This document shows, in pieces, positions 30,531-38,598 of a stretch of 64,000 nucleotides of DNA. Position 1 is the first letter of the stretch. Each line of letters begins with the position of its first letter. Where the stretch lies: the IMG/VR virus record IMGVR_UViG_3300036770_008730. One strand, given 5' to 3'. This DNA is from a virus. Lineage: Duplodnaviria > Caudoviricetes. Position numbers and translations under genes: made by a program. The notes beneath the pieces were generated by a model, which had not been told where the DNA came from, made no database searches, and was given only the letters and a program-made list of their open reading frames with translations.

Positions 30531-31367
30531 TTATGCCAATTCCTCAACTTGTTTTTTACTTCTCATCATTTCATATGCTCTAGCTAATCTAGTCATTCCA
30601 ATTCCACCACCGAATCTTGGAAAGAATTCATATCCTAAGAATAATTCTAATTCTTTTTCAACTCTCTCTTTACCAAACAATTCGAATAGTTTTGAACAAT
30701 ATTTACCATCTTCTATTGTGTAAAACATTTCTCTCATTTTTTCTACATCACAACTTCTTTCAGCTGATCCAATAGTTTCTTGACCATAAAGAATAACATC
30801 TACTTTATTAAATATCCCATCTTTGTTATGTTGCATATTCCAGAAAGGATTAGTTCTCAGTGGGAAGTTTTGAAGTGACACAACCGCTCCTTTTTCATTC
30901 CACATTTTTTGTTCGTGTTCATTTTCTAAAATTGGAACTCCACCGTATTCTTGACAAACATCTTCATAGTTTACTTCTACTGGTTTATCAAATCCTAAAT
31001 AATCTAAAAGTTCTGATTCTAATTTAAGTAGTTCTTTCATACCACCCTTTGACTCGAACTCAAACATTGGGAAGATTAATTCATGTCTTCCAGGAATTGG
31101 ATTTTTTTCTTGTCTGTAAGAAGTTGAGATACAGAAGCATCCTTCCCAAGTTGGATTCATAAGTAGTTCGTGTTCTAACCACATTTGACCTGTTTGTGGA
31201 AGAGGCCATACTTCACCACAATAATTGTAGGTGGTGATTGAGTGAGGATTTTCACACGCTGCTAAGATTGATAATCTTGATTGTGTTGGTACTTCGATGA
31301 AGTTTTTTTGCAAAAAAAATGCTCGCATCTTTTGTACGAGCTCATGATAAGTTTTTGTGTTTCTCAT
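30531..31367 (-). CDS. class II aaRS-like catalytic domain only (Asn/Asp-RS-like; archaeal-type asparagine synthetase-like)
   Basis: FIEVPT, LPQTGQ, SYRQE...GRH, ETIGSAER, GGGIGMTRL; no anticodon-binding domain; start moved to MRNTK. Confidence 0.75.
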   Translation of the reverse strand: MRNTKTYHELVQKMRAFFLQKNFIEVPTQSRLSILAACENPHSITTYNYCGEVWPLPQTGQMWLEHELLMNPTWEGCFCISTSYRQEKNPIPGRHELIFPMFEFESKGGMKELLKLESELLDYLGFDKPVEVNYEDVCQEYGGVPILENEHEQKMWNEKGAVVSLQNFPLRTNPFWNMQHNKDGIFNKVDVILYGQETIGSAERSCDVEKMREMFYTIEDGKYCSKLFELFGKERVEKELELFLGYEFFPRFGGGIGMTRLARAYEMMRSKKQVEELA

Positions 31368-31556
31368 AGGAAATTTTTTTTTTGATACAGTTTTTACGCC
31401 GTTCCAAAAAAAATAATTCTTTGTATATATCAAAATATTGTTTCTCCTTTTCAAATTTTTTTTAGAAAATTTCACAGATGATTATACAACTACTAATTTT
31501 ATTAGTATTTTCATAATTTTTTTTTATATATAATTTGTAAAAAAATAAAAATCAAA

Positions 31557-31700
31557 ATGGCAAAAACCACTACATCAACCGTTAGAAATCATCTCTCAAA
31601 ACCTAAGAAAAAAAGAGCTGGTAGACATTCAAAGAAAAAAACATCTAGTAATAAAAATTGTAAAAACTATAAAAAGAAGTATAGAGGACAAGGTAGATAA
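31557..31700 (+). CDS. 47-aa highly basic peptide ending YRGQGR (not in ORF track)
   Basis: MAKTTTSTVRNHLSKPKKKRAGRHSKKKTSSNKNCKNYKKKYRGQGR. Confidence 0.75.
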   Translation: MAKTTTSTVRNHLSKPKKKRAGRHSKKKTSSNKNCKNYKKKYRGQGR

Positions 31701-31730
31701 AACTAATCTTATCATCTTTATATAAATTTA

Positions 31731-32066
31731 ATGGATATTATTTTACAATTTTTTTGGATTAATTTAATTTTATTTTTACACTTTAATACTGATGTGATTT
31801 ATCAATATTTAAAGATAACAAAATTGAAATTATTTAAAATTAAGGAATTTGAGAATTATAAATTAGAAAATCCTAAAGCGGATTATTATTCCTATTTGAG
31901 GATAAAACATAAAAATTTTTTTGTAAACCTCCTTACTTGTAAACCTTGTTTTCTTTTTTGGATTTGTTTATTGATTTGTATTATTTATTCATCACTAATT
32001 CTATTTCCAGTTATTTACCTAACTTCTTATATAATATATAAAATACTTGATAAACATGTCTATTGA
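31731..32066 (+). CDS. membrane protein with CxxC (LLTCKPC)
   Basis: Hydrophobic N- and C-terminal segments. Confidence 0.6.
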   Translation: MDIILQFFWINLILFLHFNTDVIYQYLKITKLKLFKIKEFENYKLENPKADYYSYLRIKHKNFFVNLLTCKPCFLFWICLLICIIYSSLILFPVIYLTSYIIYKILDKHVY

Positions 32067-32343
32067 AAAAGTAAAAATATCCAGAACATTAGTAGTGAAT
32101 TCACCTATTCATCTTTGGAAATTAATTAAGACGAAGGATGAAATATTGCAATTAAATTCACATCTAAATATATTTTGTTACTATGTTGATAAATATTTAA
32201 ATGGATGTAGGTGTGATGATGAATCAAATAAAGAAACCATAAACAATGAATATCAGATAATTAAAAACACATCGACCTTAGTGGAGTTTATCAAAACTCA
32301 ATTTAATTGTAATACAGTTATTTTTAATGATAATGATTGGTAA
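32056..32343 (+). CDS. hypothetical protein
   Basis: Start moved to MSIEKV; GCRCD motif. Confidence 0.55.
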   Translation: MSIEKVKISRTLVVNSPIHLWKLIKTKDEILQLNSHLNIFCYYVDKYLNGCRCDDESNKETINNEYQIIKNTSTLVEFIKTQFNCNTVIFNDNDW

Positions 32344-32346
32344 TAA

Positions 32347-32373
32347 AAAACCCATACTTTAAGTATGGGTTTT
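32347..32373. terminator. bidirectional terminator
   Basis: aaaacccatact-tta-agtatgggtttt between convergent genes. Confidence 0.8.
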
Positions 32374-32377
32374 ATTT

Positions 32378-32794
32378 TTAGTTAGCCTCTACGACTTCGA
32401 TGTCAAAAACTAGTTCTTCTCCTGCCAGTGGATGGTTTCCATCAACCACCACATGATCTTCGTAAACTTCAGTCACTAAAACTTGAACTGGTTGATTATC
32501 ATCAGCGACCGCTTGTAATGTTTGACCAACCTGAACAGGTCCAGGTAGTTTGTCTAATGGAACTTTAACAATAAGCTCTTCTCTTACAGAGCCATAGGCT
32601 TCTTCTGGTTTGATGTTTATTGTTACTAAATCGCCAACTTTTTTTCCAATTAAAGCATTTTCAAATCCTGGAATGATTTGACCAGCCCCAATCTGGAAAT
32701 AAAGAGGGTCTTTACCTGATGATGTATCAAAAACATCGCCATTTGTAAATCTTCCGGTGTAGTGTACTTTAACTGTACTTCCTTGTTGAATCAT
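32378..32794 (-). CDS. FKBP-type peptidyl-prolyl isomerase (SlyD/SlpA-like)
   Basis: VKVHYTG, FDTS, QIIPGFE, PEEAYG, DGNHPLAG. Confidence 0.92.
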   Translation of the reverse strand: MIQQGSTVKVHYTGRFTNGDVFDTSSGKDPLYFQIGAGQIIPGFENALIGKKVGDLVTINIKPEEAYGSVREELIVKVPLDKLPGPVQVGQTLQAVADDNQPVQVLVTEVYEDHVVVDGNHPLAGEELVFDIEVVEAN

Positions 32795-32836
32795 GATATT
32801 TGTTTTTCTTTATTATAGATAAATAAAATTGAAAGT

Positions 32837-33112
32837 TTAATAGGAAGCTTCTATCTCAACTATTTTATTGGTTGAGTTTGACTTTTCTGAAATTCCTTTT
32901 ATTCTTAATGTATGGTGATTTGGAAGCTTTACTGATGTGTCATAATACCATTTGTTACCAACCTTATATTGAAAGGAGTTACCAAGGAAATCATCTATAT
33001 CCCATTCTGTAGAATTAATTGGCACATCAATATTAATGATGTAAGTTTGTGGATTAGTTTTTAATCCACTTAAAAAAAGTTTTTTTAGTTCTTTGAATTT
33101 CAACATATCCAT
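32837..33112 (-). CDS. hypothetical protein, start uncertain
   Basis: Fills the gap but its 5' end overlaps the upstream gene. Confidence 0.4.
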   Translation of the reverse strand: MDMLKFKELKKLFLSGLKTNPQTYIINIDVPINSTEWDIDDFLGNSFQYKVGNKWYYDTSVKLPNHHTLRIKGISEKSNSTNKIVEIEASY

Positions 33113-33644
33113 CAGGGTTAAATTGTTCTTTAGTTAGGTTACAAGTAAATTGATGTCCTTTATACTTGGCTATAAGTCCAGGATAAGACATCGAACTTCC
33201 ATTAAATTGTATATCTTTATGATCGGTAAGTTGTGATGCGGAAACTTTTATATTTAATTCCTCTTTAATTCCTCTTACACCAGCCACAGATGGTGATTCT
33301 CCAAATTTCATTTTCTCTGAAACAGAAGACAACATCTTTCTTTTTCTTACCCTACCATCATTGAATTCTTGTCTATCCTCAATGAGATGATAAATATTTT
33401 CTTCCTCATCTTTATAGAAAACTTCTACCCCAACAAATTCAATAATTCTATGAAGTGATTCTCCATTCTCTATTAACTGACATTCATTATTCACTAACTC
33501 CTCATATAGATCTTGTAAGTCTTTAGCCTTACCGGTTCCCCAACTTGAAATAGGTATTGAAAATTTTCGCAAGTAATTCTCTAGTTCCTCTACTGACTGA
33601 AAATCTTTTGATTTAAAGTCTTCAAATAGTTTTATAAAACGCAT
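33054..33644 (-). CDS. tagged Nudix-like hydrolase
   Basis: MRFIKLFEDF start; degenerate Nudix box EKMKFGESPSVAGVRGIKEELNI; motif at 33649-33658. Confidence 0.65.
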   Translation of the reverse strand: MRFIKLFEDFKSKDFQSVEELENYLRKFSIPISSWGTGKAKDLQDLYEELVNNECQLIENGESLHRIIEFVGVEVFYKDEEENIYHLIEDRQEFNDGRVRKRKMLSSVSEKMKFGESPSVAGVRGIKEELNIKVSASQLTDHKDIQFNGSSMSYPGLIAKYKGHQFTCNLTKEQFNPDGYVEIQRTKKTFFKWIKN

Positions 33645-33686
33645 AGCATATATATTAAACTTATCATATTATTATTTAATAATAGT

Positions 33687-34370
33687 ATGAGGGAATCTTT
33701 CACTGAGTATAAAAAAACAATTGAATTAAATGTGATTAATTGTTCTTTCATATATGCCGGTGATGTTATTAACTCTAAAGATGAGTCTTTTCAACAAATA
33801 AAAAATACACCACTAACATCTCCTTCTTTCATAAGAAATTGTATCATTGACATCTATAACAAAAGTTTTCAAGAATTAATTTTAAGAGCCAAAGAGTTTG
33901 TTATAGCAGAAGAGTCATTAGTTGATAATGAGTTTTATAAATCCGACCTCTTAACAAAGATTAGAAATTTAGGAATTGATAATCATTATTGGTTTTTAAG
34001 TGAAAAGAAATCTTTTTTAATTGACACATTTTCAAATCAAACAGATAGAATTATGCCCAATTACTTTTATGAATCAAAAAAGTATGATGGGTTGAACTTA
34101 GATGTTTTGCACTGTCCACTTATTGTGGAAGATGAAGGCGAGACGATTGTTTATGTTACTGACAGACCAATTCAGAGTTTATGTTATGTAATTCAAAATA
34201 TGGACTACACAATAACTAAATGTGAAGAAGATGTTAAAGAACCACATCTAATGACATGGAAACATGAAATAAAATATCCTTTTTATAATTGCGATTATAA
34301 CTCATATAAAATTATTATCAAAAATATATCTCAGATTAGAAATCAAAAAATAAATGAATTACTTAAATGA
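33687..34370 (+). CDS. hypothetical protein with C-terminal RNQKINELL motif
   Basis: 227 aa ORF. Confidence 0.65.
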   Translation: MRESFTEYKKTIELNVINCSFIYAGDVINSKDESFQQIKNTPLTSPSFIRNCIIDIYNKSFQELILRAKEFVIAEESLVDNEFYKSDLLTKIRNLGIDNHYWFLSEKKSFLIDTFSNQTDRIMPNYFYESKKYDGLNLDVLHCPLIVEDEGETIVYVTDRPIQSLCYVIQNMDYTITKCEEDVKEPHLMTWKHEIKYPFYNCDYNSYKIIIKNISQIRNQKINELLK

Positions 34371-34744
34371 CAATTGATCTAAATGATATACCAATTGGAG
34401 TTGCTGAATCTCAATACCAACTAGATATATTAAAGTCTGGAAAAATTTATAAAGAATTACTTAAAATGAGTGAAAAAAAATATACTTGTATTATAGTTTC
34501 AATGCCGGTTTATAATGTTTTGGTGCACCATGATAAGTTTTATCAGAACCCATTCGATTCAATAGAATCAACTACTGAAGTGGGTATATTCTGTGGATAT
34601 AAAGTTTTTTTGGACCTGACTCTACAAGAAAATTTGATTCAACTCACTTATGATTTTCAAGAGAAGAGAGATAATGTTTTAGATAATCTTCTAGAAAATG
34701 AGGAAATAAAAAAAGACCTTAAAATTAAGGTCTTAAATTGTTAA
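34367..34744 (+). CDS. hypothetical protein, possible gp23 capsid A-domain-like fragment
   Basis: CIIVSMPVYNVL...VGIFCGYKVFLD; subterminal RDNVLDNLL. Confidence 0.5.
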   Translation: MTIDLNDIPIGVAESQYQLDILKSGKIYKELLKMSEKKYTCIIVSMPVYNVLVHHDKFYQNPFDSIESTTEVGIFCGYKVFLDLTLQENLIQLTYDFQEKRDNVLDNLLENEEIKKDLKIKVLNC

Positions 34745-36236
34745 ATTTTTTGAAGTTTATAACTTTCTTTTCCGTTGTTGGTTTTATCACTTTACCATAT
34801 GGATCAAGTTTAGTCACCTGTTCTGTTGGAATAACCTTATAATCTTCTGGTTTATCTTGTTCTCTACTTTCACCCGCTTCGCCCCAAACCGTTTGTATAG
34901 GAAAATTAACACCTGAAAGATCGGTTATGATTTTATTTTTAAACATATCGATGAATCTAACTCCTTCAAAACCTTTACTGTTACATGTACCAAATATATT
35001 TGAAATAGAACCAATTCCACCGTGGCCTCCTGAAACAGTAATTTCATCTTGTCCGATTGAAGTATCTGGATCATAATAACCTAAATGCTGTTGGAAATTT
35101 TTTAATAACTCTGTCATATAAACTCCCAAATCATCAACTGTTTTACCATTCTTTAACACCGGTAGATTCTGAGTCTCAGTCATAGGTTTATAAGAACAAA
35201 CTTGAAGTGTTCCTCCATATTGGAGTAGAATAAATTTAGGTTCTTTTGATAATAGTCCGTTTTTGAAATCTGTTTCAATTATAGAACGAGCTCTTAACGC
35301 ATTAGCCCAAGTTCCAGTAGGAACAAATGCTAAATCACCAATCATTGTATAACCATCTAATCTAATTTTACCAGCTGATAAAAAGTCATTCATAAAGTCT
35401 TGATGTGATTGATAGTTCTTTTTAGCTCCACCTAACTTTCCTCTTGTTTTTTGTTGCATTTGATTCAATCTCCATTCGGAGTCAGAAATAAAGTCTTTTG
35501 ATTGACCTTTCATAGGTCCTGATGGAAACACATTATGTTCACCGTAAACAGTTTTCATCACATTGAAAATTGAATATATTGATGCATCTTTACAATTGTG
35601 AATAACTGATATAAGTGTTTGATGATCAGCTCTTTTTAAGAATTGATTAAAAGCTGCTGCGAATTCAAGTCTTTTATTTGGAGATTTTTTAATTTCAGAT
35701 AAATCAAAATCTAAAAGTCTTGACCAACTAACATTGTATTGTTGATACTTTGCAGCATCAATCATATCTATTACAGACAGAACTAACTCATCTTGTGGGA
35801 CTCCAAGTGATTGACAAATCGCTTCATAAGCTGAAGCTGTTTTTTTCTTTTGAACTGGAGAAGATTTATATTTCTCTAAATCTTCAGCACTGAATGATCC
35901 GTGATGATCTAAGTAATAGTCGATATATTGGTCTCTTTCATCACCTGGCATACTTGCAAAATCTACCACAACATTTATGAGTTTAGGATCTACTGATGTG
36001 TATTTCCAACCATCCATATAATTTAAGATACCATATTTCTCTATTGTAAAACCTTTATTAAGAAGATACTTCTTAACTTCGATTGCTGAAAAAATTCCAT
36101 CCATATCATCATGTGTATATAGAGCTACGACTTTTCCTTTTTTTCCTTTTCTCATCCAATATTCTTGATCTACTGGAAGTCTTGGTGATGCCTCTTCGTT
36201 GAGAGGCATAAAATTATTGAAGTTTCTTATTTTCAT
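34725..36236 (-). CDS. tagged DHH-family phosphoesterase-like protein
   Basis: MKIRNFNNFMPLNEE; THDDMDG, VVDF, LDHHG, GGHGG; motif at 36241-36250. Confidence 0.75.
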   Translation of the reverse strand: MKIRNFNNFMPLNEEASPRLPVDQEYWMRKGKKGKVVALYTHDDMDGIFSAIEVKKYLLNKGFTIEKYGILNYMDGWKYTSVDPKLINVVVDFASMPGDERDQYIDYYLDHHGSFSAEDLEKYKSSPVQKKKTASAYEAICQSLGVPQDELVLSVIDMIDAAKYQQYNVSWSRLLDFDLSEIKKSPNKRLEFAAAFNQFLKRADHQTLISVIHNCKDASIYSIFNVMKTVYGEHNVFPSGPMKGQSKDFISDSEWRLNQMQQKTRGKLGGAKKNYQSHQDFMNDFLSAGKIRLDGYTMIGDLAFVPTGTWANALRARSIIETDFKNGLLSKEPKFILLQYGGTLQVCSYKPMTETQNLPVLKNGKTVDDLGVYMTELLKNFQQHLGYYDPDTSIGQDEITVSGGHGGIGSISNIFGTCNSKGFEGVRFIDMFKNKIITDLSGVNFPIQTVWGEAGESREQDKPEDYKVIPTEQVTKLDPYGKVIKPTTEKKVINFKKFNNLRP

Positions 36237-36239
36237 ATC

Positions 36240-36644
36240 TTATATATTAATTTTACAGATGGAAATATTTATATGGTCAAGTTCTTTTCTAATATGATTT
36301 ATTTTCCAACCATAATCTTTCAATCTTAAACTTGATATGTTGATAATATCATTGAATTCATCTGAGTCAACTAATTGCTCTAAATCAAATTCCACCATTC
36401 TTTGACTCATATTTTGGTAATTCTTCTTTCCAATATTTACTGATATATATGGTTCTAAATCAAATTTTAAATTTGAATAATCTGATGACTTTGTTATAAG
36501 TTTTTCTGTGAATTTTACATTTATATAGTAATCTTTTTCTTCTAAATCATAAAACATATCCTTTATATCCTCAGGATAAAGACCATATTTTTCGAGATAA
36601 TCTATCTCTTCATTATTCTCAAAGAATGGTTTTAGATATTTCAT
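36240..36644 (-). CDS. tagged hypothetical protein
   Basis: MKYLKPFFEN start. Confidence 0.7.
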   Translation of the reverse strand: MKYLKPFFENNEEIDYLEKYGLYPEDIKDMFYDLEEKDYYINVKFTEKLITKSSDYSNLKFDLEPYISVNIGKKNYQNMSQRMVEFDLEQLVDSDEFNDIINISSLRLKDYGWKINHIRKELDHINISICKINI

Positions 36645-38032
36645 TTTTTTGGTATAAATTTTCCGTAACCTTTCATCACTCCTTTATCGGTTCCTTTCTG
36701 ACCTTCTTCCTCAAATTTAGTATCAAAGAAATTATCATTATCTGTTACTACTTTAACATCACTATCCATAGATGCATAAGGTCCTAATTTACCACTTCTA
36801 AATACACCACCAAACATATCACCGTTAAGATATCCATCCATGAAATAGCAAGAATGCAATTGACTATCTTCAACCCTACAGTTAAGAACTTTAGAATTTT
36901 GAACATCGGTAAATTTTAACTTACATTTGGTTAGTTGTGAATTATCAATTTCTGAACCAACTATAAAACAATCTTCTAATATACCTTCCACTTTGCAGTT
37001 TATTAACTCTACTGATTTTAGTGTTGAATTTGTTTTAATTTGAGCATCCACTAATTCTATTGTTTGTGTATTGGTAACATAATTTATCATACACTCTTTT
37101 AAAGAATCAACAGAGTCAATTATATTGAACAAATTAGTAAAAATTTTACTATAATATGCGGATACAACATCATAATTACTATTCTGATCTATTTGAATTT
37201 GAACATTTGGAAAATCAATTATAAAGTTATCATATTTAGAAAAGTTTTTAAAAGTAGATATATTTGTTTCCAAATACTCTTCAAGTTTATTTATATCCTC
37301 TGAATTGAATCCTACATCTATACAATCATGTAGAGTTATAATAAATCTGTCTAAGAAATAAATAAGTTGACCAATATTTTTCTCATAGTCCTTACCACCT
37401 ATGTACCTAAATTCTAGCCTTTGTGAATTTTTATCATTGTTTATATGAAGAAAGTTTATACCATAATATTTGTCTGATGGTAGCCTTAGATTATTTTTTA
37501 CTACCTCAACTGGTATGTTGAAAAAGTCATATTCTTTATATGGAATTATCTTTTTAACTGTTTTAGCATAAACATTATTTTTTCTTGATGGAAAAACTCT
37601 GTAAATTTCATTTTCATCTATATTTAAAATCAATTTTAATACATTTAAATCATTAAGGTTTTTTTCTCCATCAAATGATATATTAAAATGTATCGATGAT
37701 TTTTCATTTGTATATCCATAGTTTTGGATAAATTTTATAATTTTTACCAAATAATATTTTGCATCGAAGTAGTTTAATGGACCAGTTACTAACTCAACCA
37801 TATTAGAACCACCTGATAAATCCGGTTCTATTTTGAAGTTTTTAGAATCAGGTGTCATATCCGAGTGGTATTGCCTAAACCCCCAGACCTTTACAGGATT
37901 CAGTTCTTGATTTAGCAATTCGAGTGTTTTATAGAAAGATAGTTCTTTCAGGTAAAATTCGAACTCAAATCCTATTTTTGAATTTTTTAATTTATTGGTT
38001 TGATTGAGAAACTTCTCAGAATATTTTTCCAT
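36641..38032 (-). CDS. putative amidoligase (COOH-NH2 ligase type 2) with C-terminal beta-helix-like repeats
   Basis: IGFEFEF, ELVTGPL, SSIHFNIS, KYYGIN, LEFRY; start moved to MEKYSEK; motif at 38039-38048. Confidence 0.75.
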   Translation of the reverse strand: MEKYSEKFLNQTNKLKNSKIGFEFEFYLKELSFYKTLELLNQELNPVKVWGFRQYHSDMTPDSKNFKIEPDLSGGSNMVELVTGPLNYFDAKYYLVKIIKFIQNYGYTNEKSSIHFNISFDGEKNLNDLNVLKLILNIDENEIYRVFPSRKNNVYAKTVKKIIPYKEYDFFNIPVEVVKNNLRLPSDKYYGINFLHINNDKNSQRLEFRYIGGKDYEKNIGQLIYFLDRFIITLHDCIDVGFNSEDINKLEEYLETNISTFKNFSKYDNFIIDFPNVQIQIDQNSNYDVVSAYYSKIFTNLFNIIDSVDSLKECMINYVTNTQTIELVDAQIKTNSTLKSVELINCKVEGILEDCFIVGSEIDNSQLTKCKLKFTDVQNSKVLNCRVEDSQLHSCYFMDGYLNGDMFGGVFRSGKLGPYASMDSDVKVVTDNDNFFDTKFEEEGQKGTDKGVMKGYGKFIPKK

Positions 38033-38160
38033 GTCTTTATATATTAAAAATCTATTTTTAAAACCTAAATACAACAAATACTTGAGGAGGTAGATTTGTT
38101 TTTATATATAATTTCAATTATGATAGGTAATAAATTAGTGGACATTCCACAGATAAGTAA

Positions 38161-38559
38161 TTGAAATTAATGGAGTTCTTCTGTGTATATTGCAAAACCC
38201 GTAAGAAATTTGATAAGTTTGTCAAAGTCAATCGTATTAAGAATAAGTATATTATTGATTTGAAAAAAATAATGGACGAAGAAGAAATAAATTTTTCCAA
38301 TGATAAGACTTATTTGAAAATTTTAGTTTTTAATAAAATACAACAAGCTATAGATAAAAAGAAAGATATTTATTACATTCCTGATTTCGATAATGAATTT
38401 TCGATAGAAAAATTACTCAACTTGAAAAAAATACTTGCTGAGAATAATTTTAATGTTTTAATTTTTTATAATGAATTTAGAAAAAGTCCAGAAGTAATTG
38501 ATGATGTTTTTTCAAATCTGTCGAAATTTTCCAACTCGCAAATAATAAGAGATTACTAA
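38161..38559 (+). CDS. hypothetical protein
   Basis: 132 aa ORF; start could be 38170. Confidence 0.6.
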   Translation: MKLMEFFCVYCKTRKKFDKFVKVNRIKNKYIIDLKKIMDEEEINFSNDKTYLKILVFNKIQQAIDKKKDIYYIPDFDNEFSIEKLLNLKKILAENNFNVLIFYNEFRKSPEVIDDVFSNLSKFSNSQIIRDY

Positions 38560-38598
38560 CCTTTTAATATATAGCTGTATAAAAATTATAATTAAAAA

